NCBI GenBank assembly: GCA_037481775.1
Contig: JBBFKZ010000003.1
Coordinates: forward strand, 32,001-96,000
DNA length: 64,000 bases
Direction: 5' to 3'
Source: Candidatus Bathyarchaeia archaeon
Lineage (GTDB): Archaea; Thermoproteota; Bathyarchaeia; Bathyarchaeales; Bathycorpusculaceae
The translations under genes were made by a program, and so were the position numbers. Shown here one piece after another: positions 1 to 8,024 of the stretch. The notes beneath the pieces were generated by a model. It was not told where the DNA came from and searched no databases. It worked only from the letters and a program-made list of their open reading frames with translations. Each line of letters opens with the position of its first letter. Position 1 is the stretch's first letter.

Positions 1-1194
1 ACAGTGCGATGCTGGGCAATAAACCTGAAGCCTGGACTTAGAGGCCAAGTAATATTCGACAAGACATGGACGCCGCCATCCGATTGGAATGATGGTTCTC
101 ACACGCTGCACTTCGTAGGAGCAACCAACAATGTTGCGAAAGGTGTCATAGCAATTTGGGACAAAGAATTAAGGCGGCACTACGGCTTCAGCGTGGAAAC
201 TGGCAACTTCATGTGGCAGACAGAAAGCGAAATCTGGCTTGACGCTTATGGCTGGGGCAATGCTGAGCACACGTGGTACTTCGCTTACGGCAAACTATAC
301 TCAGTCGGCGTCGGCGGCATCCTATACGCCTATGATGACCAAACAGGAAAGACAGTATGGACTTACCCGTTAGACGATAAATACGGTGAGCCTGTCACAG
401 GCAATAACTGGTGGGGCTGGATAACGCTTATAGCAGACGGCAAACTCTACGTAGGCCACCTCGAGCACTCTGCTGAGCAGCCTCTGCCTCGTGGCGCGCC
501 GTTCGTGTGCTTGGATGCTGATACTGGCGATGTGATTTGGCGCGTAAACGGCATGTTCCGCGCTACCAGGTGGGGTGGCAACGCTGTTATCGGCGACAGC
601 ATCATCGCCACCATGGACACATATGACCAGCGAGTATACGCCATCGGCAAGGGTCCCACAGCCGTTTCAGTTTCAGCTTCCCCCGACATTGCAGTGCACG
701 GCAGCAAGATCCTCGTAAAGGGCTCAGTCATCGATATTTCACCTGGCACAAAAGACCCAATTTTGGCTATGCGTTTCCCGAATGGCGTGCCCGCTGTTGC
801 TGATGAGTCGATGAGCGACTGGATGCTGTACGTGTATAAGCAGTTTGAGTGCCCCGCGAACGTTAAGGGCGTTGAGGTTGTTGTTGAGGTGCTTGATCCT
901 AACAACAACTACTATGAAGTAGGCAGAACCACAACAGACGGCTCAGGCTTCTACAAACTAACCTTCGAACCACCAGTCCCTGGCGAATACACTGTCATCG
1001 CACGGTTCACTGGCTCTAAGGCGTATTATGGCTCTTACGCCAAAACCGCAGTGTTCGTGGAAGAAGCACCGCCAGCGTCACCTGCATCTACGCCACCGCC
1101 TCAAGCGCCTGTCGAAACCTACTTCGCCATCTCCACAATCGCCATAATCGTTGCTATTGCCGTTGTCGGCGTCTTGCTGTTGAAGAGAAAGTAA
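1..1194 (+). CDS. PQQ-like beta-propeller surface protein, C-terminal part (5' end outside window)
   Basis: Beta-propeller repeats (YAYDDQTGKTVW, CLDADTGDVIW), RFPNGVPA..DE.MS.WM.Y motif, Ig-like domain, Pro-rich linker and C-terminal TM + KRK. Paralog of 5208-7823. Confidence 0.85.
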   Translation, partial: TVRCWAINLKPGLRGQVIFDKTWTPPSDWNDGSHTLHFVGATNNVAKGVIAIWDKELRRHYGFSVETGNFMWQTESEIWLDAYGWGNAEHTWYFAYGKLYSVGVGGILYAYDDQTGKTVWTYPLDDKYGEPVTGNNWWGWITLIADGKLYVGHLEHSAEQPLPRGAPFVCLDADTGDVIWRVNGMFRATRWGGNAVIGDSIIATMDTYDQRVYAIGKGPTAVSVSASPDIAVHGSKILVKGSVIDISPGTKDPILAMRFPNGVPAVADESMSDWMLYVYKQFECPANVKGVEVVVEVLDPNNNYYEVGRTTTDGSGFYKLTFEPPVPGEYTVIARFTGSKAYYGSYAKTAVFVEEAPPASPASTPPPQAPVETYFAISTIAIIVAIAVVGVLLLKRK

Positions 1195-1217
1195 TAGCCA
1201 AAACCTCGCAGTCTAAT

Positions 1218-1238
1218 TTCCCCCATTTTTCCTTTTTG
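1218..1238 (+). terminator. C/T-rich archaeal-type terminator
   Basis: TTTCCCCCATTTTTCCTTTTT just after the stop; a similar CCCC-T tract follows the paralog at 7847-7860. Confidence 0.5.
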
Positions 1239-1368
1239 GAGAATGCAATGCTTATTCAAATTGAAGCAGGGGTCAATTAGGCCTGTTTTTTAATTTCTGC
1301 GTCATTAGCTAGAACGCGTGGGCAGAAGCTCTTTATTGTTGAATGTGTTAATTAATTGTGATGCTGAA

Positions 1369-2292
1369 ATGAGGAAGATAGTGTTAGTAAGCATCATCTT
1401 TATTTTGTTGCTTTCCGTTTCAGCACCGATCGAGCGGGCCGTTTTTCATACGGTTGACGCCAATTTTGTTCCCGGCATACCCTTCATCCGTATTATTTCG
1501 CCAGCAAACAAAACCTACAACACGGATTTGATCCCGCTGAATATATCGATCAGCACGTTCTTTGACTTTTACGGCAATCTCAGAATAGTTGAATATAGTC
1601 TTGACGGAAAAGAAAACGTTACCATAAGCACGGAGTATCAAGGCTTGGGCGAAGACTACTATTCAACAGTGACAGGCTTCGCGCAGTTGCCTGCGCTGTC
1701 TGAGGGAACGCATACAATAGCAGTTTATGCGACTTACCGGTTTCCAGATTACGGCGAATATACCACGTCAGATAGCAAAACCGTTACTTTCACGATCGAT
1801 TTTGCTTCGCCCTACATTACAATTCTTTCGCCTAGAAACTCTGCAAGATACAACACGACCGATGTACCGCTGATTTTCACGGTTGATAGATCCTTTTCAA
1901 CTCTGAGTTACTGCTTGGATAGTAACGCAAACATCTTCATGGAAGGAAACACTACACTAACCGGTTTGCCAGTGGGACTGCATAAACTTGTCGTTTACGC
2001 TACTAATGCAGAAGGCGCTACTGGGATTTCAGAAACTGTTTCCTTCGAGATAGGCGAGGAATTCGCGCCGCCTTCACCGTCACCCTCGCTTACTCCATCA
2101 TTCTCACCTGAAGTTAAGCCCACGGCTGCTCCCGCTGTGACTCCAACATCAACTGCCCCTTCAGAGCCGCTCCCATTAAATCTACTCGCCGCTTCTGTAT
2201 TTACCCTGATTATAGTTGTTTTAGGTCTTAGTTTCAAGAAAATTCGAAAAAAGAATAGAGCTGCTTCCCCCTCATTCACTTCTAAAAACTAG
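1369..2292 (+). CDS. Secreted Ig-like repeat protein with C-terminal membrane anchor
   Basis: Signal peptide (MRKIVLVSIIFILLLS), two I.I.SP.N..YNT...YSLDG..N...L..G.H repeats, Pro/Ser linker, TM and basic tail. ATG 1369 preferred over 1318. Confidence 0.75.
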   Translation: MRKIVLVSIIFILLLSVSAPIERAVFHTVDANFVPGIPFIRIISPANKTYNTDLIPLNISISTFFDFYGNLRIVEYSLDGKENVTISTEYQGLGEDYYSTVTGFAQLPALSEGTHTIAVYATYRFPDYGEYTTSDSKTVTFTIDFASPYITILSPRNSARYNTTDVPLIFTVDRSFSTLSYCLDSNANIFMEGNTTLTGLPVGLHKLVVYATNAEGATGISETVSFEIGEEFAPPSPSPSLTPSFSPEVKPTAAPAVTPTSTAPSEPLPLNLLAASVFTLIIVVLGLSFKKIRKKNRAASPSFTSKN

Positions 2293-2358
2293 CATTTGCG
2301 GATCATTTTAAAGACGGCAAAATCAGACAATTTAAGCAATAATGTGCAATTTTATATT

Positions 2359-2442
2359 GGTTCAATTTAGGCGGGCGGGTTGAGATTTGCATCCTCTGGC
2401 GTGGAGAAATTACCCGCAAATTCTCTTTTTCTATTTTTTAGA
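2359..2442. repeat. att-like repeat A (degenerate tRNA-Arg 3' end plus conserved arms)
   Basis: Core 2372-2389 CGGGCGGGTTGAGATTTG matches 44811-44828 at 16/18. Left GGTTCAATTTAGG and right GCGTGGAGAAATTACCCGCAAA are shared with repeat B. Confidence 0.8.
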
Positions 2443-3618
2443 TTATTTGTTAATTTTTTGGCGTTTTATAAGCAGGATCGCAACAAGTGTAACGAACATT
2501 AATGATGGAAGGATAAACCACGCTGCCGGAAACTCTGAGACGTAAGTAATCGCATAGAGGGCTTGCCAATAACTCCAGATTGCTTTTTCAGTACCATTTT
2601 TGTATTTTAATCCGACAAAATCATTGGGCACAGCTTTGGAATCTGTCTCTTCCTCTACCGTGCGAATGTCATGTAAGCATAACCAGTTGACAATTTCCAG
2701 AGGCATATTTCTTGTGTTTTCCAGAAACCAGAGCAGAAACTCAACTTGTTCTTGTTCAGATCCACCTCTTAACAGCGCAGAACTAGTCCATCCTATCTCA
2801 CTGAAAGCAATTGGCTTATCTCCTGTGTAGTTCATTATGCACGTGTAATAGTCAGACGGCATGTCGCCTGGTTTTTCGTACCGTGCGGGTCCTGGATAAC
2901 CAAGCATATACGGGTATGACGTGAAGCCAAAAAGGTCGATTTTGTCTTTGTTGAACTTTTCTATTAAGAACCACCCGTTATAGGAATCGATTGTATCAAG
3001 TCTAAAAACTATGAAGACTTTGGTTTCTGGAGACACCGCCTTTATTCCATCGTAGGTTTCGTTTACCAAGCTGACGTAATTATCGAAGTCTTCTTGGCTG
3101 CAGTTCCAGTAGTATGTGTCTACTTCATTCCCTATACAGAAGTATCTTGGATGATAATCTCGAGAAATGTTGACGGCTTGCTCGATCCACAGCTGGCGAA
3201 GTTCAGGGGTTCCAAGGTTTGTCGTGATAGAGTTCATGTAAGAGGGGACTTGCAAAATTACTTTCCCGTTTTCTATGGTCCAGAAATTCAGTTCAAATAT
3301 GGGCGTCAGACCGCTTGAGTTTATTAGCCATAAAAGCCCTTGTGTCTGAGGCTTTTTCAAATGTTCAGTTGTATTGTACCATGGTACATTTGCAAACCAA
3401 AGATTCATAACATCTGCAACCGAACCAGCTATGTTATATACTTCAAAAGTTTCATTCAAATTGATTGTGGGCGTGGGGGTTACACCGATTAAAAAGTTTC
3501 TGGAAGTTATGGGAAGAGAAGCCCCTTCACATTTCGCCTTTTTAACAGTAGTTGTATTAACCAAGCTTGCGACAGAAAACAAGAAAATTAGGATGAAAGA
3601 CATAACCTTGTATTTCAT
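2443..3618 (-). CDS. Surface-anchored clan GH-A-like glycoside hydrolase
   Basis: Signal peptide MKYKVMSFILIFLFS, IGNEVD acid/base and FSEIGW nucleophile motifs, C-terminal SEFP+TM+KR (PEF-CTERM-like). The ORF-track start at 3756 runs through the att repeat. Confidence 0.75.
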   Translation of the reverse strand: MKYKVMSFILIFLFSVASLVNTTTVKKAKCEGASLPITSRNFLIGVTPTPTINLNETFEVYNIAGSVADVMNLWFANVPWYNTTEHLKKPQTQGLLWLINSSGLTPIFELNFWTIENGKVILQVPSYMNSITTNLGTPELRQLWIEQAVNISRDYHPRYFCIGNEVDTYYWNCSQEDFDNYVSLVNETYDGIKAVSPETKVFIVFRLDTIDSYNGWFLIEKFNKDKIDLFGFTSYPYMLGYPGPARYEKPGDMPSDYYTCIMNYTGDKPIAFSEIGWTSSALLRGGSEQEQVEFLLWFLENTRNMPLEIVNWLCLHDIRTVEEETDSKAVPNDFVGLKYKNGTEKAIWSYWQALYAITYVSEFPAAWFILPSLMFVTLVAILLIKRQKINK

Positions 3619-3722
3619 GTGACTCTTTCCAACAAGTTGTATAGAGTTTTGTGCATTTAAAAGGTAGACACCGAAGCCTAACACTGAACCATCATCCAAA
3701 CTTCGATACTTCACTGGTGTGA

Positions 3723-3808
3723 AGTTCAACGTAGGCGGGCGGGGTGGGATTTGCACTCGCTGCAGCGTGGAGAAAACACCCGCAAAAACCCCTCTTTTTT
3801 TATTCTAG
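3723..3808. repeat. att-like repeat B; candidate attL of the provirus
   Basis: 3736-3753 CGGGCGGGGTGGGATTTG is identical (18/18) to tRNA-Arg 3' end 44811-44828 in the same orientation. Confidence 0.85.
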
Positions 3809-3891
3809 AAATGGGAATACGATTTGTGAAACAGATAAAATCAAACTTTTTAGAGAACGCAAGTAAAAGCGATGGTATTTCACGCCATTTA

Positions 3892-3965
3892 TGGTGCATT
3901 CGCCGGGATTTGAACCCGAAACAGCAACGGATGGAGATATCCCGCAAAATCCTCCTTTATCTTTT
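3892..3965 (-). repeat. att-like repeat D: 3' end of a different tRNA (Gly-like) plus the same right arm
   Basis: Reverse complement of 3892-3918 is CGGGTTCAAATCCCGGCGAATGCACCA (T-arm, acceptor strand, CCA). It is followed by TGGAGATATCCCGCAAAA as in repeats A and B. Confidence 0.75.
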
Positions 3966-4275
3966 GCCGTTTCTTTTAGCAGCGACTAACAGAAGGTGAT
4001 ACCTAAATTTTCATGATTACTTTACATGGCGTTAACAGAAGAGGAATCGCCGTAAACGTTATTGTCCATCAAATTGTTCCTCGCCACACTGCCCAAGCAA
4101 GCCCAATCACCCTTTATTCGATGAAATGACGCTTCCAGCAGCCCCGGCGCCGAGAAAACCTGATATGCATACAGCCACGGTTGCATGTTACGTAAAAAGA
4201 TTCTACATAGGCACCTGCAAACTTGAACAGCGTGGAAGGCATCTTTCACAAGCGCAAATCCATTTAATTTCCAGC

Positions 4276-5127
4276 TTAACGCTGACCCAGCATTCGCCAT
4301 TTAGTTTCGAAGTAATCTCTCATCAAAGCCACAAACTCCGGCGCATCAGACCATAAAACAGGGCTATCCAGAGAAGCACCTATCCTGCAGAACACCTCCT
4401 TTCCATCAACCAGCAGCACACACGCCTGCTGACCCGACCGCGCAAACCTAACCGCAAAACATCTGCTACTGCACAACTCGGGATGAAGACGAAGCTCCAT
4501 GTCTTCTACGCCATTAATTATAAATTTGAACTGGACCCCGCGCTTCACAGCATCTCGCCAGACGCCCTCATCTAAATCCCTTATCTGGCAGAAAAGACGC
4601 GCAGTAGTAAGGCACATAACACTCTTCTTTGAATCCGCAACCGCCCTGCCCAGCTTATACACCGATTTTGACGGGTCAGTTTCGTTTTTAGCAAGCAGCC
4701 TGAAACCCGCTGAGCTGGGCGCCGCGCCGCCTGCGGCTTGGCAGTCAACTTCAAAGTTTCTAAACTGCGCTGCTGCCTCCTTCTCCAGCTGCGCCATTTC
4801 GCTCTCTTTCCTTTTGAGCAGAAGCTGCAGGGTTGACTGTACGGGGATCGCGTGGAAGGTTGCTGGTTTGGCAAGTGTTTTCTCGACCAGGCCGTCTTCT
4901 TGAAGCTCGGAAAGCGCTTGGTAGACGGGCTGCCGCGGCTTCTTCAGCTGTTTGCAGAGGCTTTTTTCGTCTGAGTCTTGATGGATCAGCAAGGCTAGGT
5001 ACACCTTGGCTTTTATGCTGGATAGGCCGAGCTTTGTTAAAATTTTCACGGGCTCCTCGGGGATCAAGGGTGGCTCTTCCTTTATTATGGAGTGCTCATT
5101 AAGCAGCTTATTTTTGTCTGTCATCAT
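4276..5127 (-). CDS. TrmB-family transcriptional regulator
   Basis: LTKLGLS..KAKVYLALL..RQPVYQALSELQEDGLVEK wHTH and a C-terminal PLD-like effector domain (LLVDGKEV). Confidence 0.85.
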   Translation of the reverse strand: MMTDKNKLLNEHSIIKEEPPLIPEEPVKILTKLGLSSIKAKVYLALLIHQDSDEKSLCKQLKKPRQPVYQALSELQEDGLVEKTLAKPATFHAIPVQSTLQLLLKRKESEMAQLEKEAAAQFRNFEVDCQAAGGAAPSSAGFRLLAKNETDPSKSVYKLGRAVADSKKSVMCLTTARLFCQIRDLDEGVWRDAVKRGVQFKFIINGVEDMELRLHPELCSSRCFAVRFARSGQQACVLLVDGKEVFCRIGASLDSPVLWSDAPEFVALMRDYFETKWRMLGQR

Positions 5128-5142
5128 TCAGCGTTGATGACA
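5119..5142. promoter_or_regulatory. Palindromic operator candidate TGTCATCA-N8-TGATGACA
   Basis: Perfect 8-bp inverted repeat over the TrmB start codon in the divergent intergenic region. Confidence 0.55.
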
Positions 5143-5207
5143 CAGTTTTATTAGAGTCATATCTCATAATTATGTTTTGCGTAAAATAATGAAAGGAGAA
5201 AAGGAAG

Positions 5208-7823
5208 ATGAACAAAAACAAACAAACTGTAATTGTTTTGATTCTGATGTCAATAATGGCTGTTATGCTTGTTGCTTTGCCTCTGGCTAACGCGCACACG
5301 CCGCCATTGCAAATTCCTACATATGCCTACATCAATGTCGCACCTAACCCCGTCGGCGTAGGTCAACAAGTTGCTGTCACAGGCTGGATTGATAAGGTGC
5401 CGCCGGGCGCGTCAGGACCATGGGGCACCCGATGGTACAACATGAAAGTGACAGTCACGAAGCCTGACGGAAGCACCGAAGAACTCGGGCCTTTCACCTC
5501 AGACTCGGTGGGTGGCATTTGGACATGGTATACGCCTACTCAGGTCGGTACATACAAATTTGTGCTTACCTTCCCTGGTCAAGTGGCAAAGGTAGAGAAT
5601 CCAATACCTCCAGGCTATAATCCTATAGTACCTTTGGGAACCCAATTTATCAACGACACATATTTGCCGAGTACTAGTGAACCTTTCTATCTTACGGTGC
5701 AGCAGGAGCCTATAGAGTCGAAGTATCCGCCTAATCCGTTGCCAACTGAATACTGGTCAAGACCGATAAATTCGATGAACAGAGAATGGTACTTGATTGG
5801 CGGCAACTGGCTCGGGCTCGGCGCAACATCATTCGGCACAACTGGCATGTACTCCAGTAAGGACAACTTCGCGCCCTACACTACAGCGCCTAATAGTGCT
5901 CATGTTCTATGGACGGAGCCAATTGCTTTCGGAGGCCAAATAGGAGGCGAGCATGGTCCAGACGAGACAAGCCTTTACGCCACTGGCACGGCTTACGAAG
6001 CCAAATTCAATGCGGTAATACTTTACGGGATACTTTATTACACGGAGTATCCTGGCGCTGGCAACAATCCTGCGGGTTTGAAGGCTGTTGATTTGCGTAC
6101 TGGTGAGACGGTTTGGGAGAAGCCTGTTACTACGCCTTTGCGGGTTGGCATGATCTATAACTTCATTACTGGCGATCAGTATGGTGCGCATGCGTACTTG
6201 TTCTGTGCTCCTGCGACGGTAGGTTTTGTGCCTTATCCGCCGGGCAACACCTGGGAGATGTATGATGCAATGACTGGCGATTGGATATTGAACATTGCTA
6301 ATGCGAGTGCTGGCACGCTTGTGCGTGGCCCGATGGGGGAAATTTTAAGCTATACTCTTGCTGGTGGTATGTTGCGTATGTGGAACATGAGCAAATGCAT
6401 TGCTGAAGGACAACGAAAATACGTTTACAGTTTGATATACACGCCTGAGGAGATTTGGCGGCCGCCAAAAGGAGCGACAATCGACTGGAACGGCGGCTAT
6501 CAATGGAGTGTTCCTGTCGCAACTACTCTTGACGGCAAGCCAATTTCTCCGCCTCTAGCAATTACTGCGATTTCTGACGATGTAGTGCTTATGACTGGTA
6601 TAGAAGGTTTGTATACTGGAGGAGCCCCTGGAGGTGCCTCTTCAGGTTATATGGTACAAGCAGGTTACAGTGCAATCGACGGACGACTACTGTGGGGACC
6701 AGTAAACAGAACATTCGAAGCGTGGACCACTAAAAATATTAATCGATTTCCTGGAGCTTTGGGTGATGGCGTTTATGCCGTATACACTCTGCAGACGTTT
6801 TCATGGGAAGCATATGACATAAAGACTGGCAATAAACTTTGGGGTCCAAAAAGGGTCTTCAACAGTAGCTGGGCATACTACGATTACACAGGTCCAGGAG
6901 TTATTGGCTATGGCAATCTTTACACGTGGGGATTAAGTGGTGAAGTATACTGCCTTGACGCTAAGACAGGTGAAATTAAGTGGAACTTTAATACCGGAAG
7001 CTCAGGCGTCGACAGCCCATTCGGCTCTTGGCCTCTTGGTACATGGTGGAGTCATTATGTTCTCGCTGATGGCAAACTGTATGTGCGGGCTGGACACGAC
7101 TATACGCCGCCAGTGTTCAAAGGTGCGAAGATTTACTGTTTAAATGCGTCTACGGGAAAGTTGATTTGGAGTTCGTTAAGCTTTGATATTGTGGGTTCGC
7201 CTGCTGTGGCTGATGGCATTATGGTTTGGTTCAATGGCTATGATAATCAGATTTATGCTTACGGTAAGGGTCCAAGCAAAACTACTGTGGCTGCGTCTCC
7301 GAAGGTTACGGTGCATGGCGGCAAGGTGCTTGTTGAGGGTATGGTCACTGATGAGTCTCCTGGTGCGAAGAAGTATGCGCAGACTGCTAGGTTCCCGAAT
7401 GGTGTTCCAGCGATAGCGGATGAGGACATGAGTGCTTGGATGGAGTATTTGTATCAGCAGCAGCCGAAGCCTGTGAATGCGAAGGGCGTTGAAGTGACTG
7501 TTACTGTGCTTGATCCGAATGGTAACTGTTATGATGTGGCTAAGGCTACGAGCGACGTGAACGGCTTTTACAGCGCGACGTTTGAGCCGCCTGTTCCTGG
7601 CAAGTACACTGTTATCGCCACGTTCACCGGTTCAGAATCCTACTACGGGTCTGTTGCGGAAACTGCTGTGTTCGTTGAGGAAGCGCCTCCGCCTACTCCT
7701 GAGCCTACGTCGATGCCTGCGTCAGCGGCTGACCTCTACTTGGTTCCGGGAATAATTGGCATAATCGTCGCAATTGCAGTAGTCGGCGCTATCATAGTGC
7801 TGATGCTGAGGAAGCGGCCGTAA
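5208..7823 (+). CDS. PQQ-like beta-propeller surface protein
   Basis: Signal peptide, Ig-like N-terminus (PNPVGVGQ), many D..TG...W propeller repeats, RFPNGVPA motif, C-terminal TM + RKR. Confidence 0.88.
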   Translation: MNKNKQTVIVLILMSIMAVMLVALPLANAHTPPLQIPTYAYINVAPNPVGVGQQVAVTGWIDKVPPGASGPWGTRWYNMKVTVTKPDGSTEELGPFTSDSVGGIWTWYTPTQVGTYKFVLTFPGQVAKVENPIPPGYNPIVPLGTQFINDTYLPSTSEPFYLTVQQEPIESKYPPNPLPTEYWSRPINSMNREWYLIGGNWLGLGATSFGTTGMYSSKDNFAPYTTAPNSAHVLWTEPIAFGGQIGGEHGPDETSLYATGTAYEAKFNAVILYGILYYTEYPGAGNNPAGLKAVDLRTGETVWEKPVTTPLRVGMIYNFITGDQYGAHAYLFCAPATVGFVPYPPGNTWEMYDAMTGDWILNIANASAGTLVRGPMGEILSYTLAGGMLRMWNMSKCIAEGQRKYVYSLIYTPEEIWRPPKGATIDWNGGYQWSVPVATTLDGKPISPPLAITAISDDVVLMTGIEGLYTGGAPGGASSGYMVQAGYSAIDGRLLWGPVNRTFEAWTTKNINRFPGALGDGVYAVYTLQTFSWEAYDIKTGNKLWGPKRVFNSSWAYYDYTGPGVIGYGNLYTWGLSGEVYCLDAKTGEIKWNFNTGSSGVDSPFGSWPLGTWWSHYVLADGKLYVRAGHDYTPPVFKGAKIYCLNASTGKLIWSSLSFDIVGSPAVADGIMVWFNGYDNQIYAYGKGPSKTTVAASPKVTVHGGKVLVEGMVTDESPGAKKYAQTARFPNGVPAIADEDMSAWMEYLYQQQPKPVNAKGVEVTVTVLDPNGNCYDVAKATSDVNGFYSATFEPPVPGKYTVIATFTGSESYYGSVAETAVFVEEAPPPTPEPTSMPASAADLYLVPGIIGIIVAIAVVGAIIVLMLRKRP

Positions 7824-7846
7824 AGGTGCAGTCAACAAAACTTCAC

Positions 7847-7860
7847 TTCCCCCTTTTTTT
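7847..7860 (+). terminator. C/T-rich terminator
   Basis: TTCCCCC followed by a T-run downstream of the stop. Confidence 0.5.
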
Positions 7861-8024
7861 GGGCGTTCAAAGTCAGCTAAGCTCGACGGAGAATAGAACT
7901 GCGGGCTGAATGGGCTTTGGGCTTAAAATGGCGATTGCAGCAGCAGATTGCCATTTTTCTCTTCTCCTTTAGGTTTGGCGCCCAAGGCCCCAGCAAACCC
8001 ATGTTTAGTAATGTTTAACTGAAG

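Noticed and set aside
3619-3756. N-terminal extension of the 437-aa ORF
   Set aside because: It runs through the att repeat; the signal peptide starts at ATG 3618.
2359-3965. Repeats read as a CRISPR array or intact tRNAs
   Set aside because: Spacing is irregular, no cas genes are seen, and only tRNA 3' ends are present.
4022-4300. 92-aa ORF with a beta-helix-like tail (NNLMDNNVYG)
   Set aside because: At best a decayed fragment; no supportable product.
7925-7960. Imperfect hairpin near the last viral gene as attL
   Set aside because: No similarity to the tRNA-Arg end; more likely terminator-related.
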